Origin: Bacilli bacterium | GTDB taxonomy: Bacteria > Bacillota_I > Bacilli_A > ML615J-28 > CAG-698 | NCBI GenBank assembly: GCA_045577945.1 | Contig: JAZNJG010000197.1 | Span: 1 to 59,826, forward strand | Length of the DNA stretch: 59,826 nucleotides | Reading direction: 5' to 3' | Shown: positions 32,557-42,072 of the stretch, one piece after another | Numbering within the stretch: position 1 is the stretch's first letter | How the letters are laid out: each line of letters begins with the position of its first letter | Notes under the pieces: model-generated | What the model was told of the DNA's origin: nothing | Seen by the model: the letters and a program-made list of their open reading frames with translations, nothing else | Database searches by the model: none | Made by a program: the position numbers and the translations under genes

Positions 32557-33144
32557 ATGACAAAAACAGTTGTATTATTTAATGGTCCACCTCGTTCAGG
32601 TAAAGATACATACGCAAAAGAATTAGCTAAACTATTACCTAATTCTATACACGTGCATTTTGCAGAAATATTAAAAAAAGCTACACATAATGCATTTGGT
32701 TTATTAGATATACCTTATGATTATTTTGAAGAGAGGAAGGATATATCTTGTGAAGAGTTATATGGTGCAAAACCAAGAGACTGTTATATACATTTAAGTG
32801 AAAATGTATTTAAACCTTTATGTGGTAAAGATTACTTTGTACGTCGAATGTATAATGATATTATTAAAAATACTGACTGTGAATTTATTTTAATTTCTGA
32901 TTGTGGTTTTAATATAGAGTCAGAATATCTTTCAAAATGTGATGATATACGCTGCTTTTATTGTGTTTTAGAGAGAGATGGTCATGATTTTAGTAATGAT
33001 TCAAGAGAATATATTGATTTAAATAGTATTAATCTTGAAAGAGATGTATATATTAAATATATTAATCGTGAGAATCAAATTGATAATTTAACAAAAGAAA
33101 TATTTAACGATATAATGGAATTTACTAACAATGGTAATGTATAA
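32557..33144 (+). CDS. deoxynucleoside monophosphate kinase-like P-loop protein (gp1-like)
   Basis: The N-terminal P-loop LFNGPPRSGKDTYAKEL parallels T4 gp1 LSGVKRSGKDT. Confidence 0.55.
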   Translation: MTKTVVLFNGPPRSGKDTYAKELAKLLPNSIHVHFAEILKKATHNAFGLLDIPYDYFEERKDISCEELYGAKPRDCYIHLSENVFKPLCGKDYFVRRMYNDIIKNTDCEFILISDCGFNIESEYLSKCDDIRCFYCVLERDGHDFSNDSREYIDLNSINLERDVYIKYINRENQIDNLTKEIFNDIMEFTNNGNV

Positions 33145-33388
33145 TTATAAATGTTCAAAGTGCAATTACACCTTTAGTCAGAACTATTGCGTTAGTGATA
33201 GAAATAAACCTATAGGTAGTAAATGCCCGAATTGCGCAGATGGTGTAATTATTCGTTCTTATAATATACCAAATTTTACATTTGATATGAATTCAAAATG
33301 TCCATCTGATTTAAAATTAGTTATTAATAAATTAAAAGATAAAGCAAAATTAGATAGTATAGTTGATGAGGAAATATTAAATGAGTAA
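33131..33388 (+). CDS. FmdB-like zinc-ribbon protein
   Basis: YKCSKCNYTF...CPNC. Confidence 0.5.
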   Translation: MVMYNYKCSKCNYTFSQNYCVSDRNKPIGSKCPNCADGVIIRSYNIPNFTFDMNSKCPSDLKLVINKLKDKAKLDSIVDEEILNE

Positions 33389-33632
33389 TGAACAGGAAAT
33401 AACAAAACCTATAGAGCTAGAAAGAGATTATAGATTTTATATAGAAGAGATAGTCGAAAAGGATAGATGCAGCTTTTTAGATGCATGTGTTAAATTAATA
33501 GAAACTTATAATATTGAACCAAAAGTATTTGCATCTCGAATTCCACAATATATTAAGAGTAAAATTGAAGAAGAATGTACACAAACAAATAAGATTAAGC
33601 ATAAGAAAACCAATCAACTAACTTTTGAATGA
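33381..33632 (+). CDS. hypothetical protein at the position of T4 gene 33 / dsbA
   Basis: 83 aa, sitting between rnh and gp59 as in the T4 order rnh-dsbA-33-59-32. Assigned by position only. Confidence 0.3.
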   Translation: MSNEQEITKPIELERDYRFYIEEIVEKDRCSFLDACVKLIETYNIEPKVFASRIPQYIKSKIEEECTQTNKIKHKKTNQLTFE

Positions 33633-34260
33633 TTATAATATGGGTAATAGTGTTAATAGTGGTTTTGAAGCATATAAAATATATAGAGCTTTAAAATCAC
33701 ACTTTAATCAAAAAAAATATGATTTTAATAAATTTAAAGGTAACACAGTGCGTGTTGTTGAATCGTGGAACGCACTGCCATGTAGAAAGTTGTTTACATT
33801 TTATGGTAAAAAATTAAATAGTGTAAAATTAAAGAATTTTTTTATATCAAATTTTCTAAATGATAAAAACTATTTTCCTGTTGATTATGATAAAGAATAT
33901 GAAGTATATATTAAATGGTTAGGTCGTATTGAATCAATTCGATATGGTTTTATGCTAGATGTAAAAAAAGTTAAAAAATTTATTGATAAAAATAATCTTA
34001 CAATTGATAATGTTATCAAAGAAAGAGATGGTAAACTACCAATATTATTACATCTTGTATTTAAAGATATAATAAGTATTGAGAGTTTCATTATATTAGA
34101 TAATATATTTCATGTAATAAATAATTGTCGAAATATAAGATCTGATATTAAATTATTATATGAGCATAGAATTATTGTTATACAAAAATATAAATTGTTT
34201 TTTAATATAAAAAATATAGATGAATATAAAAAAATACTGTTACAAATTTTTAAAGGATAA
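33625..34260 (+). CDS. gp59: helicase-loading protein (gp59-like)
   Basis: AYKIYRALKSHFNQKKYDF and IISIESFIILDNIFHVINN parallel T4 gp59 VYKLYLMIKQHMNGKYDV and IISFETFILLDSFLNII. Confidence 0.7.
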   Translation: MNDYNMGNSVNSGFEAYKIYRALKSHFNQKKYDFNKFKGNTVRVVESWNALPCRKLFTFYGKKLNSVKLKNFFISNFLNDKNYFPVDYDKEYEVYIKWLGRIESIRYGFMLDVKKVKKFIDKNNLTIDNVIKERDGKLPILLHLVFKDIISIESFIILDNIFHVINNCRNIRSDIKLLYEHRIIVIQKYKLFFNIKNIDEYKKILLQIFKG

Positions 34261-34266
34261 AAGAAT

Positions 34267-35241
34267 ATGAGTGATATTTTAGATTTTAATTCATTACAAA
34301 CAAATGCTAAAGAAATTGAAGAAAAATTAATTAAGAGCTTTGCACCAAAACCAAAATTTACAAAAGATGAAAGATTTTGGCAACCAGCTGCAAATAAAGC
34401 TAACCAGATATATGCAGAAATTAGATTTTTACCACCTTTTAAAAAAGATGGTTATAATTTTATTACAAATTGTTTTCACGCTTGGAAAAATGATAATAAT
34501 AAAAAAAATTTCTACACTGAATGTCCGACACAAGTTGGTTTAAAATGTCCTATCTGCGAAGAAATTAGTGAGTTATGGAAATCAGATGAAGGTGATAATA
34601 AAGTTAGACGCACAAAGATTCGTAAACAGGTTAAATATACTTCTGTTGTTTATGTTGTTAAAGATCCAGAGAATCCAGTAAATGAAGGTAAATTTTTCTT
34701 CTATCGCTATGGAAAACAAATTTGGGATAAGATTCAAGAAAAAATTGCACCACAAAGTGAATTTGAAACACCAGTTAATGTATTTGATATTTTCACTGGT
34801 TGTAATTTTAAAATTAAAGGCTCATTAAATGAAGGTGATTATATGACATATACAAAAAGTGAATTTGCAACACCTTCACAAATTAAACCTACAATGGAAG
34901 AAATGAAATCATTTTGGAATGAATATATTGAAACAAATCTAGATGTTAGTGAATTTTTAGATCCAGCTAAAATTCGCTCATATGATGATATTAAGAATCT
35001 ATACATCAAGTATGAAAATTTCGGTCAATCTTCACCGGTTGTTCAAAGTGTACATAGTATTAATCAAGAAAATGTTAATACTTTATTTACACAACAAGAA
35101 ATTGAAGATATTAAAACTGATGAAATTATGAAGGTTGAAGAGGTTTTAGATGATTCAATTCCTGATTTTGATACAACACCACTTCAAGAAGAAGATGATG
35201 AAGATTTGAATAAGTTTTTAGCAGAATTACAAAATCAGTAA
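34267..35241 (+). CDS. gp32: single-stranded DNA-binding protein (gp32-like)
   Basis: Zinc site H..ECPTQVGLKCPICEE, OB-fold-length core, and acidic C-terminus EEDDEDLNKFLAEL. Confidence 0.8.
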   Translation: MSDILDFNSLQTNAKEIEEKLIKSFAPKPKFTKDERFWQPAANKANQIYAEIRFLPPFKKDGYNFITNCFHAWKNDNNKKNFYTECPTQVGLKCPICEEISELWKSDEGDNKVRRTKIRKQVKYTSVVYVVKDPENPVNEGKFFFYRYGKQIWDKIQEKIAPQSEFETPVNVFDIFTGCNFKIKGSLNEGDYMTYTKSEFATPSQIKPTMEEMKSFWNEYIETNLDVSEFLDPAKIRSYDDIKNLYIKYENFGQSSPVVQSVHSINQENVNTLFTQQEIEDIKTDEIMKVEEVLDDSIPDFDTTPLQEEDDEDLNKFLAELQNQ

Positions 35242-35257
35242 TTTTTATAGATATTAG

Positions 35258-35291
35258 AAAAAAGAGGAGAAATAAAAATCTCCTCTTTTTT
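35258..35291 (+). terminator. intrinsic terminator after gp32
   Basis: aaaaaagaggaga-aataaaaa-tctcctctttttt. Confidence 0.75.
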
Positions 35292-35294
35292 GTA

Positions 35295-35302
35295 TATAAA
35301 TA
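35295..35302 (+). promoter_or_regulatory. TATAAATA late-promoter box
   Basis: TATAAATATTTGTATAAT, 27 nt before ATG 35329. Confidence 0.5.
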
Positions 35303-35328
35303 TTTGTATAATAAGAGAGGTTTTATAT

Positions 35329-35910
35329 ATGCAATACTTTAAAAATTTTGCCGCAATTTATTATACGTTAAATGATGAAACTAGGCTTTTAGTTGATATC
35401 ACAAAGAGAGTTGTTATTAATAATTCAGTTATTAATAACACTGATGCTTATGTTGAATACCAAGTTAAAGATACTGATACACTTCAAAGTATTTCATATA
35501 CAATATATGATCAAACATACCCATTTTGGGTAATAATGTTAGTCAATAAAATGATTAACCCATATATTGCCTTACCTTTTATTGAAGATGATCTTATAAA
35601 ATTTATAAAAAACAAGTATGGTGAAGAACATATATATGATACTCACCATTATGAAGATGATAGTGGTAATATTATTGATTATCCATTGATTATAGAAAAC
35701 GGACAATATTTTAGATTAATTAATGGTAGTAAGGTTGCTATTAATCAGAAGCTAATATTTAACAATCAAATTGATCAAGTATGTATACCTATAACTAATT
35801 ATGATTATGAACACAGAATTAATGAAAGTAAAAGAAATATTAAATTACTAAAACCAGAATTTTTAGACACTATAGTTAGTCAATTCAATAGTGCTGTAGA
35901 GGGTGAATAA
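35329..35910 (+). CDS. LysM-like baseplate protein (gp53-like?)
   Basis: YQVKDTDTLQSISYTIYDQTYPFWVIMLVN is a LysM-type motif. AGAGAGG RBS. The ORF-track start 35290 lies inside the promoter. It sits directly upstream of the hub and spike genes. Confidence 0.4.
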   Translation: MQYFKNFAAIYYTLNDETRLLVDITKRVVINNSVINNTDAYVEYQVKDTDTLQSISYTIYDQTYPFWVIMLVNKMINPYIALPFIEDDLIKFIKNKYGEEHIYDTHHYEDDSGNIIDYPLIIENGQYFRLINGSKVAINQKLIFNNQIDQVCIPITNYDYEHRINESKRNIKLLKPEFLDTIVSQFNSAVEGE

Positions 35911-37163
35911 TGCAATCAGCTGCACAGAATGTTAAAGATATAAATCTACACAAATTACTGCTTATAAATTATATGGGTGAAGTTACTGATTTATCAGGCA
36001 TTTTTGTGCAGTTAAATATATTTGAAGACATCACTTCAAACTGTATATCTGGTTCAGTACTAATTGAAGATGGTAATAATCTTATTAGTAACTTTCCTAT
36101 AATCGGGCAAGAAAAGATTATTATCAGTTTTTCAAATCCAGGTTTAAAACCAAAAGAATATGTATTTTTTGTATATAAACCTGAAAAAATTGGTAATAAG
36201 GAAAATAACGATAAAATTCAAATATATAATTTACTTTTTACATCGATTGAACTTATTAAAGATCAAATAACATCTATTTCACGCTCATTAAAAGGTAAAA
36301 CTAGCGACATTGTATATAATATATTAACACAAGAATGGGGATTAAATTATAAAGGTTATTATAATATTGAAGATTCTGATTCTTTTGTAAATTTTGTTTC
36401 ACCAAACTGGAATCCATATAAACTTATTAATTTCTTTACACAGCGCGCTATACCTGTTAACAAAAAATGTCCAACATATCTATTTTATCAAAATTTAGAA
36501 GGGTATAATTTTGTTAGTTATGAATCTCTTATTAATCGAGGTGTAAGCGATAATTGGTATTATGCGTTAACTGAAACTCAAGATGGATATGATATTGATA
36601 CTAAAGCTAAAAATATTAATAGTTATTATATAGAAAAATGGTTAGATACAATTGATAATTGTAATAAGGGTTTATATTCTGGTAAATATGTCGAAGTTAA
36701 TATTTCAAGTAAAAAATTAACTATTAACAAATATGACTATTTAAAAGATTTTGAATTATTTCCAAGCCTTTATAAAAATAAATTACTACCTCAAAATTTA
36801 ATTAACTATAATATTAATAGTGATACGAAGAATACATCTATTGTATATAATAACGCTATTGATGCTGATATTAAAAAATTTGATCGATGGATATTATTGA
36901 GAGACGCTTGGTTATCTCAATTAAAAGCAATATCAGTGGTTGTTGAAAAGACGCTTAATTCAAACACTCATATTGGTGATATTGTAAATTTCAATATACC
37001 ATCTCGAGAACCTTCAGATAATATTAAGTATGCTGATTATATTAGTGGCAAATTTTTAGTTTGGAGTAATCGTATTACAATTGGTAATGATATGAAAGGT
37101 ATATCAACTATACGATTAGTAAAAGATTCACTTTCAAAGAGTTTACCAAATAAAAAATTATAA
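35910..37163 (+). CDS. baseplate hub protein (gp27-like)
   Basis: 417 aa. The N-terminal pattern LNIFEDITSNCISGSVLIEDGNNLISNFPIIGQEKIIISF is typical of gp27-family hubs. It is adjacent to the gp5-like gene. Confidence 0.5.
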   Translation: MQSAAQNVKDINLHKLLLINYMGEVTDLSGIFVQLNIFEDITSNCISGSVLIEDGNNLISNFPIIGQEKIIISFSNPGLKPKEYVFFVYKPEKIGNKENNDKIQIYNLLFTSIELIKDQITSISRSLKGKTSDIVYNILTQEWGLNYKGYYNIEDSDSFVNFVSPNWNPYKLINFFTQRAIPVNKKCPTYLFYQNLEGYNFVSYESLINRGVSDNWYYALTETQDGYDIDTKAKNINSYYIEKWLDTIDNCNKGLYSGKYVEVNISSKKLTINKYDYLKDFELFPSLYKNKLLPQNLINYNINSDTKNTSIVYNNAIDADIKKFDRWILLRDAWLSQLKAISVVVEKTLNSNTHIGDIVNFNIPSREPSDNIKYADYISGKFLVWSNRITIGNDMKGISTIRLVKDSLSKSLPNKKL

Positions 37164-37175
37164 AGGGATTATATA

Positions 37176-38795
37176 ATGAATCAGGTTTTTTATATAGGTG
37201 TTGTTGAAGATAATAATGATCCTCTAATGGTAGGGCGTGTTAAGGTTCGTGTTGCTGGTATTCATACCTCTGATCAAACAATACTACCAACTGAAGATTT
37301 ACCTTGGGCTATATTAAACAACCCTGTTAATTCAGCTTCAATTTCAGGTGTTGGTGATAGTCCAGTTGGAATTGTATGTGGAACCTGGTGTACTGTTATC
37401 TTTTTAGACCCTGAAACAAAACAGATACCACTCGTAATAGGTACTATAAGCGGACTACCAACTGATGTAACTGAAGAGTATGAATTTTTAGATTCTTCGC
37501 GTGGGTATGACCCTGAAACAAAAAGAGGGTATATGGACCCACAAGGTATATACCCTTTAAAGGATAATATTAATGAGAGTGATATTAATAGGTTAGCACG
37601 TGGTGATAAACTAGATTCAACTATACTTACTGATAGAGAAAACAATCGCATCAAGGAAGTTCAAGAAGCTACAAAAGCAAACGATACAGGTGATAATTCT
37701 ACTGATTCTTCCTCAGATCAAACTATTACTACTTATAATTTACGTAGTAGATCTCAAAATACGGGTGATATTACATTATCCGAGCATTTTACTTTGTATG
37801 ATTTTTTAAAATCTGATACAGCATCAGCTAATAATATAGATAATTATCCAGTCTCAAATGATATTATTAATAATTTACAATTATTAGCTGAGAATGTTCT
37901 CGAAAAAATAGTTAATCATTATAATACAAAACCAACTATTAATTCAGGTTATAGAGGACCAACATTAAATGCTCTAGTAGGTGGTGTATCAACATCTCAA
38001 CATTGTAAAGGTCAAGCAGTTGATATTGAAATAAACGGTTTAAGTAATAAAGAACTATTTCAATGGATTAATCAAAATTTAGATTTTGATCAGGTAATAT
38101 TAGAATATGCAACTAATATTGATCGAGATCCAAATAGTGGCTGGGTACACGTTTCATATAACCAAGGAAATAATAGACATCAAGTGTTAATAATTGGTGG
38201 TGAGCAAAACACCAATACAACAGGTGGGTTAAATAATAACGAACAATCAGGGGATAACAAATGCTGGTATGAACCAAAATCTCCCTATGCAGCGCAATAT
38301 CCATATAACCAAGTTAAGCAGTCAAGATCTGGTCATATATTTGAGGTCGACGATACACCAAGTCATGAAAGAATCCACGAAAGACATAGATCGGGTACGT
38401 ATTATGAAATAGGGCCTGATGGTACAAAAGTAACAAAAATTATAAAAGATAATTATAATATTATACTTGGAAATAATTATCTTTTGATCGAAGGTGATGT
38501 TAAAATCAATATAAAGGGTAATGTCAATATTTTAAATGAAGGTACTGTTGCAGTTGAAAATAAAAAAGATAGTAGTATGAAAATAAATGGTACTTCACAA
38601 ATTGAAATAGCCGGTGATTGTGAAACTAATATTCAAGGTAATTATAATACGTATGTTGGTGGTGATTATAATTTAGGTGTAAGTGGTAATGTTAATATTA
38701 CATCAGCAGGTACTAATAATATTGAAAATAGTGGTACTACAATTAAATCAGCAGGTAATGTTGATATTAAAGGGACTATAATTAATCTTAATTAG
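37176..38795 (+). CDS. gp5: baseplate central spike (gp5-like) carrying a peptidase M15 domain
   Basis: N-terminal OB domain GVVEDNNDPLMVGRVKVRVAGIHT..LPWA. The middle has FTLYDF...SGYRG...STSQHCKGQAVDIE...SGWVHVS (LAS/M15 H-D-H metal site). The C-terminus has a beta-helix with repeated GN(V/Y)N units. Confidence 0.82.
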   Translation: MNQVFYIGVVEDNNDPLMVGRVKVRVAGIHTSDQTILPTEDLPWAILNNPVNSASISGVGDSPVGIVCGTWCTVIFLDPETKQIPLVIGTISGLPTDVTEEYEFLDSSRGYDPETKRGYMDPQGIYPLKDNINESDINRLARGDKLDSTILTDRENNRIKEVQEATKANDTGDNSTDSSSDQTITTYNLRSRSQNTGDITLSEHFTLYDFLKSDTASANNIDNYPVSNDIINNLQLLAENVLEKIVNHYNTKPTINSGYRGPTLNALVGGVSTSQHCKGQAVDIEINGLSNKELFQWINQNLDFDQVILEYATNIDRDPNSGWVHVSYNQGNNRHQVLIIGGEQNTNTTGGLNNNEQSGDNKCWYEPKSPYAAQYPYNQVKQSRSGHIFEVDDTPSHERIHERHRSGTYYEIGPDGTKVTKIIKDNYNIILGNNYLLIEGDVKINIKGNVNILNEGTVAVENKKDSSMKINGTSQIEIAGDCETNIQGNYNTYVGGDYNLGVSGNVNITSAGTNNIENSGTTIKSAGNVDIKGTIINLN

Positions 38796-38805
38796 GATTA
38801 TATAA

Positions 38806-39576
38806 ATGAGTTTTGTAACAGATCAAATTAATAAAATTAAATCAAATATCACAAGTCAGTTTGAAGATATCATTAACACTAAATTAAGTGGTGAACCTTT
38901 TGGTTGTCCAACACCTAATCAAGAATCTATTATAAATTTAATTACTAATAGTGATGCATTTCAAAATAGTATGGCAGTAGTTACTGATACAGTTAAAACT
39001 GCTATTGCACCTGTTAATAATTATTTAGAACAGTTAAAAGGTAAATTACCAACTGGTTGGACTGAAGAAGATGTTAATAATCTACTATCCAGATTAAATA
39101 TATTTGAAGGTACTATGGATAAATTTCGTGGTTGGACTGATAGGCTAAGTGGTGTTGTTAAAATTGATGGTTTACCAGATGCCGATACTATATTTTCAGT
39201 CATGAACTCATATCAACATGTGTTTAGTTGTGTTGGTTTGGATGTACCATCAAGTCAAGATGAAGCAAAACAAATGATGAGTTCACTTTTAATTGATAAG
39301 GTTCAAACAGATTATACATCTTCATATATTAGTTCAATTCCTTCACTAATTCAAAACGGAGCTACACCTTCATCTATTGCTCAAGCACTTGCTGATAATC
39401 AAGCGATTTATACTGATGCAATGATTACTGATGAAAACGCTTTTACTCAAGCTATGACAAGTTTAACAAATCAAGCTACTGGATTGAATGTCGCTACAAT
39501 GGATCCATTTAATTCAGGTTATCAAATGATTGTTGATAAATGTGGTAGTGAAAATCTTAAGAATTTATTAAAATAG
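38806..39576 (+). CDS. hypothetical (probably virion-associated) protein
   Basis: 256-aa ORF immediately after the spike gene. Confidence 0.4.
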   Translation: MSFVTDQINKIKSNITSQFEDIINTKLSGEPFGCPTPNQESIINLITNSDAFQNSMAVVTDTVKTAIAPVNNYLEQLKGKLPTGWTEEDVNNLLSRLNIFEGTMDKFRGWTDRLSGVVKIDGLPDADTIFSVMNSYQHVFSCVGLDVPSSQDEAKQMMSSLLIDKVQTDYTSSYISSIPSLIQNGATPSSIAQALADNQAIYTDAMITDENAFTQAMTSLTNQATGLNVATMDPFNSGYQMIVDKCGSENLKNLLK

Positions 39577-39658
39577 TTGTTGATTTATTTTAAAATATAT
39601 ATTATATAATATAGACAATATGATAATATAATATATTAATCATAATAAATAACTGCTC

Positions 39659-39694
39659 CAAAAGCCTATCTAGTTTAGATAGGCTTTTATTTTA
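39659..39694. terminator. terminator between convergent genes
   Basis: aaaagcctatcta-gtt-tagataggctttt followed by atttt. Confidence 0.7.
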
Positions 39695-40180
39695 GTGAAA
39701 ATTGTTAAATGTATCTTCAGTTAAAATTAAAAATTCAAATCCCTTACTCTTACAAAACTCTCTTGTTGCTTTCCATTTTGCTTGATTAATTAAAAATGTT
39801 TTAACTTGGTTTTGGTATTTTTTAGTCATACGGTTTTTTGGTGTTGGTTGTGGTGGTTTAGTTTGGTTTTTTGGTTTAACCTCGATGAGAATAATTTGCT
39901 GTTTAATTTGATCTTGTATCTTTCTTTTAACACAAATTATAAAATCAATGAAATAGTTATGGTATTTTTTATCTATTGGTGAAATATATGGTATTGTAAA
40001 TCCCTCACTCGACCAGTATATAATTGATGTATTTATATCACAATATTCACAGAATCTTCTTTCCCATGAGCTTCGACAAATTATAGGTAAGGTACCTTTA
40101 TATTTTTCTTTATTCTTAGGTGTATAGTATGATTGACATACGTTACCATATCCAGCTGGGTTAAGTTTGGGTTTTAACAT
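39692..40180 (-). CDS. gp4: head completion nuclease-like protein (gp4-like)
   Basis: YYTPKNKEKYKG...CRSSWERRFCEYCD...IPYISPIDKKYHNYFIDF...IEVKPKNQT...NQAKW matches the gp4-family pattern. Confidence 0.72.
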   Translation of the reverse strand: MLKPKLNPAGYGNVCQSYYTPKNKEKYKGTLPIICRSSWERRFCEYCDINTSIIYWSSEGFTIPYISPIDKKYHNYFIDFIICVKRKIQDQIKQQIILIEVKPKNQTKPPQPTPKNRMTKKYQNQVKTFLINQAKWKATREFCKSKGFEFLILTEDTFNNFH

Positions 40181-40202
40181 TTATATACCTATCTTTCTAA
40201 AA

Positions 40203-40210
40203 TATTTATA
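40203..40210 (-). promoter_or_regulatory. minus-strand TATAAATA box for the gp4-like gene
   Basis: The plus strand reads tatttata, 23 nt upstream of the minus-strand ATG 40180. Confidence 0.45.
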
Positions 40211-40394
40211 GTTTGTATTGATTTTTTAATCATATGACAATACATTTTTATAGTATAGTTTTTTTATACTATAAATCTAGTTTTTACTTATTATACATTA
40301 AAAAACCAATAAATAATTTAGTATATTTTAATTATATCTTAAGAATTATGTAATATTATTTAGTTGATTGGATTAACAACGAGAGGAAAATCGC

Positions 40395-40970
40395 TTGAAA
40401 AAACTAACTATTTTGTTAGTTGTTATTATATCGATGCTATTTACCTGTTCTAACAAAACATTTAATTATAAAGATATTAATTCTTTAAAGGCTGAAAATG
40501 ATATAAGAACACTACTAACAGGAGAATTTAGTATAATAGAAGAGATAAATGCATTAACTGAGAGTGAAAAGAAAGATGTTTTAATATTAGCTCTAAATAT
40601 TTTTCATGAAGCTCGTGGTGAAAAATTAGAAGGCCAAATAGCTATTACAAATGTTGTTTTTAATAGGGTTAATTCTAATTTATACCCAGATAATATAACT
40701 GATGTTGTTTATCAAAATAAACAATTTAGCTGGACATTAAAGAAAGATAGAATATCTTCAATTAAGAAAGAAAAAGATTCTTGGATAAAATGTCAAAAGC
40801 TAGCATTTATAATTTATACTAATAGTAAACATTATTTGCTAAAAACAGAGTTATTTCTGCACTATGTTAATAAAGATATAGTTAATAGTGTAAAATGGGC
40901 AAAGAATTTTACAAAACGTAGAGTAATTGGGCAACATATATTCTTAATGAGAGGAGATAAAAATGCCTAA
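40395..40970 (+). CDS. SleB/CwlJ-type cell-wall hydrolase with lipoprotein signal
   Basis: TTG start with GAGAGGA RBS. Lipobox MKKLTILLVVIISMLFTC. Hydrolase_2 core LALNIFHEARGE...ITNVVFNRV...VVYQNKQFSW. Confidence 0.75.
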   Translation: MKKLTILLVVIISMLFTCSNKTFNYKDINSLKAENDIRTLLTGEFSIIEEINALTESEKKDVLILALNIFHEARGEKLEGQIAITNVVFNRVNSNLYPDNITDVVYQNKQFSWTLKKDRISSIKKEKDSWIKCQKLAFIIYTNSKHYLLKTELFLHYVNKDIVNSVKWAKNFTKRRVIGQHIFLMRGDKNA

Positions 40971-41241
40971 TAATTATATTAATAGTTTATCTACTAAATA
41001 TGGGATTAGTAAAGAAGAATTAGAAGATGATTGGAATAATGCAGAGAAAGCAGTAGATAAAGTAAAGTACGGAGATGATTACTATGCAGTAGTTACATCA
41101 ATATTTAAAAAGATAATTAATAATCACTACAATTTAAATGAAAATATATTTAGTGATATGAAGTTTAAACAATTTTATCTTTATGAAGAATTAATTAACC
41201 AAATAACACCAGAAGAAATATCTTCTAAAGATACAAAATAA
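40963..41241 (+). CDS. hypothetical protein
   Basis: 92-aa ORF overlapping the upstream stop. Confidence 0.4.
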   Translation: MPNNYINSLSTKYGISKEELEDDWNNAEKAVDKVKYGDDYYAVVTSIFKKIINNHYNLNENIFSDMKFKQFYLYEELINQITPEEISSKDTK

Positions 41242-41268
41242 AATATTATATAGTAAAATCAATCAATT

Positions 41269-41309
41269 AATAAGAGGTCAAAAAGTTATCACGACCTCTT
41301 ATTTTTTTG
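41269..41309 (+). terminator. intrinsic terminator
   Basis: aataagaggtc-13 nt loop-gacctcttatt followed by tttttt. Confidence 0.7.
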
Positions 41310-41338
41310 TTGAATATATTAAAAATTTAATATATAAT
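41310..41338 (+). promoter_or_regulatory. sigma70-type promoter candidate TTGAAT-17-TATAAT
   Basis: Consensus -10 box, near-consensus -35 box, 17-nt spacer. It sits after a terminator and before the 41367-45485 gene block. Confidence 0.45.
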
Positions 41339-41366
41339 ATTGACATAATTATAAAAGGAGTTAGTT

Positions 41367-41561
41367 ATGCAAAAGATTAAAATTATATTACGCGGCGATC
41401 TTAATGAAGAAGAAAAAGATTGTATTCGAAATAGGATTCAGTCATTTAATGTATCATTAAGCGAAACAATTAAAAATGGTTTTGATATATACTATTATAG
41501 TCTATCTGGTGTAAAATCATATTGGTCAAAGTATGCAAAAGAATTTATTGAAATTAAATAG
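41367..41561 (+). CDS. hypothetical protein
   Basis: AAGGAG RBS; 64 aa. Confidence 0.45.
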   Translation: MQKIKIILRGDLNEEEKDCIRNRIQSFNVSLSETIKNGFDIYYYSLSGVKSYWSKYAKEFIEIK

Positions 41562-41577
41562 TGAAAGGTATGTAGAA

Positions 41578-41808
41578 ATGGAAAAATTTAAATCACACCA
41601 ACAAGTTCATGAAAGATGTAAAGAGTTAATAGCTGATAAACAAATTGTATGCCAAACAATTCAAGATATGGCTACTTTAAGTTTTGAATATTTAAGTTTA
41701 TTTAATTTAGAATACGATTATATTTTTCAAGATTTAGATGAGACTAGTGATACATATGGTATGTGGAAAGTAGGTCGTGGTCGAAATATAGATAATTATT
41801 TAAATTAA
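41578..41808 (+). CDS. hypothetical protein
   Basis: ATG 41578 with AAAGG RBS is preferred to the overlapping ORF-track start 41533. Confidence 0.4.
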   Translation: MEKFKSHQQVHERCKELIADKQIVCQTIQDMATLSFEYLSLFNLEYDYIFQDLDETSDTYGMWKVGRGRNIDNYLN

Positions 41809-41877
41809 ATTATTGAAATTGTATAATCTCTAAAATATATTAAATTTATATTTAATATAAAGGGTTTATTCAAATAC

Positions 41878-42072
41878 ATGACAACAAAACACTATATATC
41901 TTTAGAAGACGCAGATAAATATTATAATTACGGTTTTGATATATATGTCGAAACAACAACAGTAATAAAAGTCGATCATAAATTTAGTGATAATATTGAT
42001 GATAACGATAATATATCTAGCGTTAGTCAGAATAATAAGTATTATATCGAAATTGAAAGTTTAATACAGTGA
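41878..42072 (+). CDS. hypothetical protein
   Basis: 64-aa ORF. An extended -10 (TGTATAAT) lies at 41820-41827. Confidence 0.4.
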   Translation: MTTKHYISLEDADKYYNYGFDIYVETTTVIKVDHKFSDNIDDNDNISSVSQNNKYYIEIESLIQ

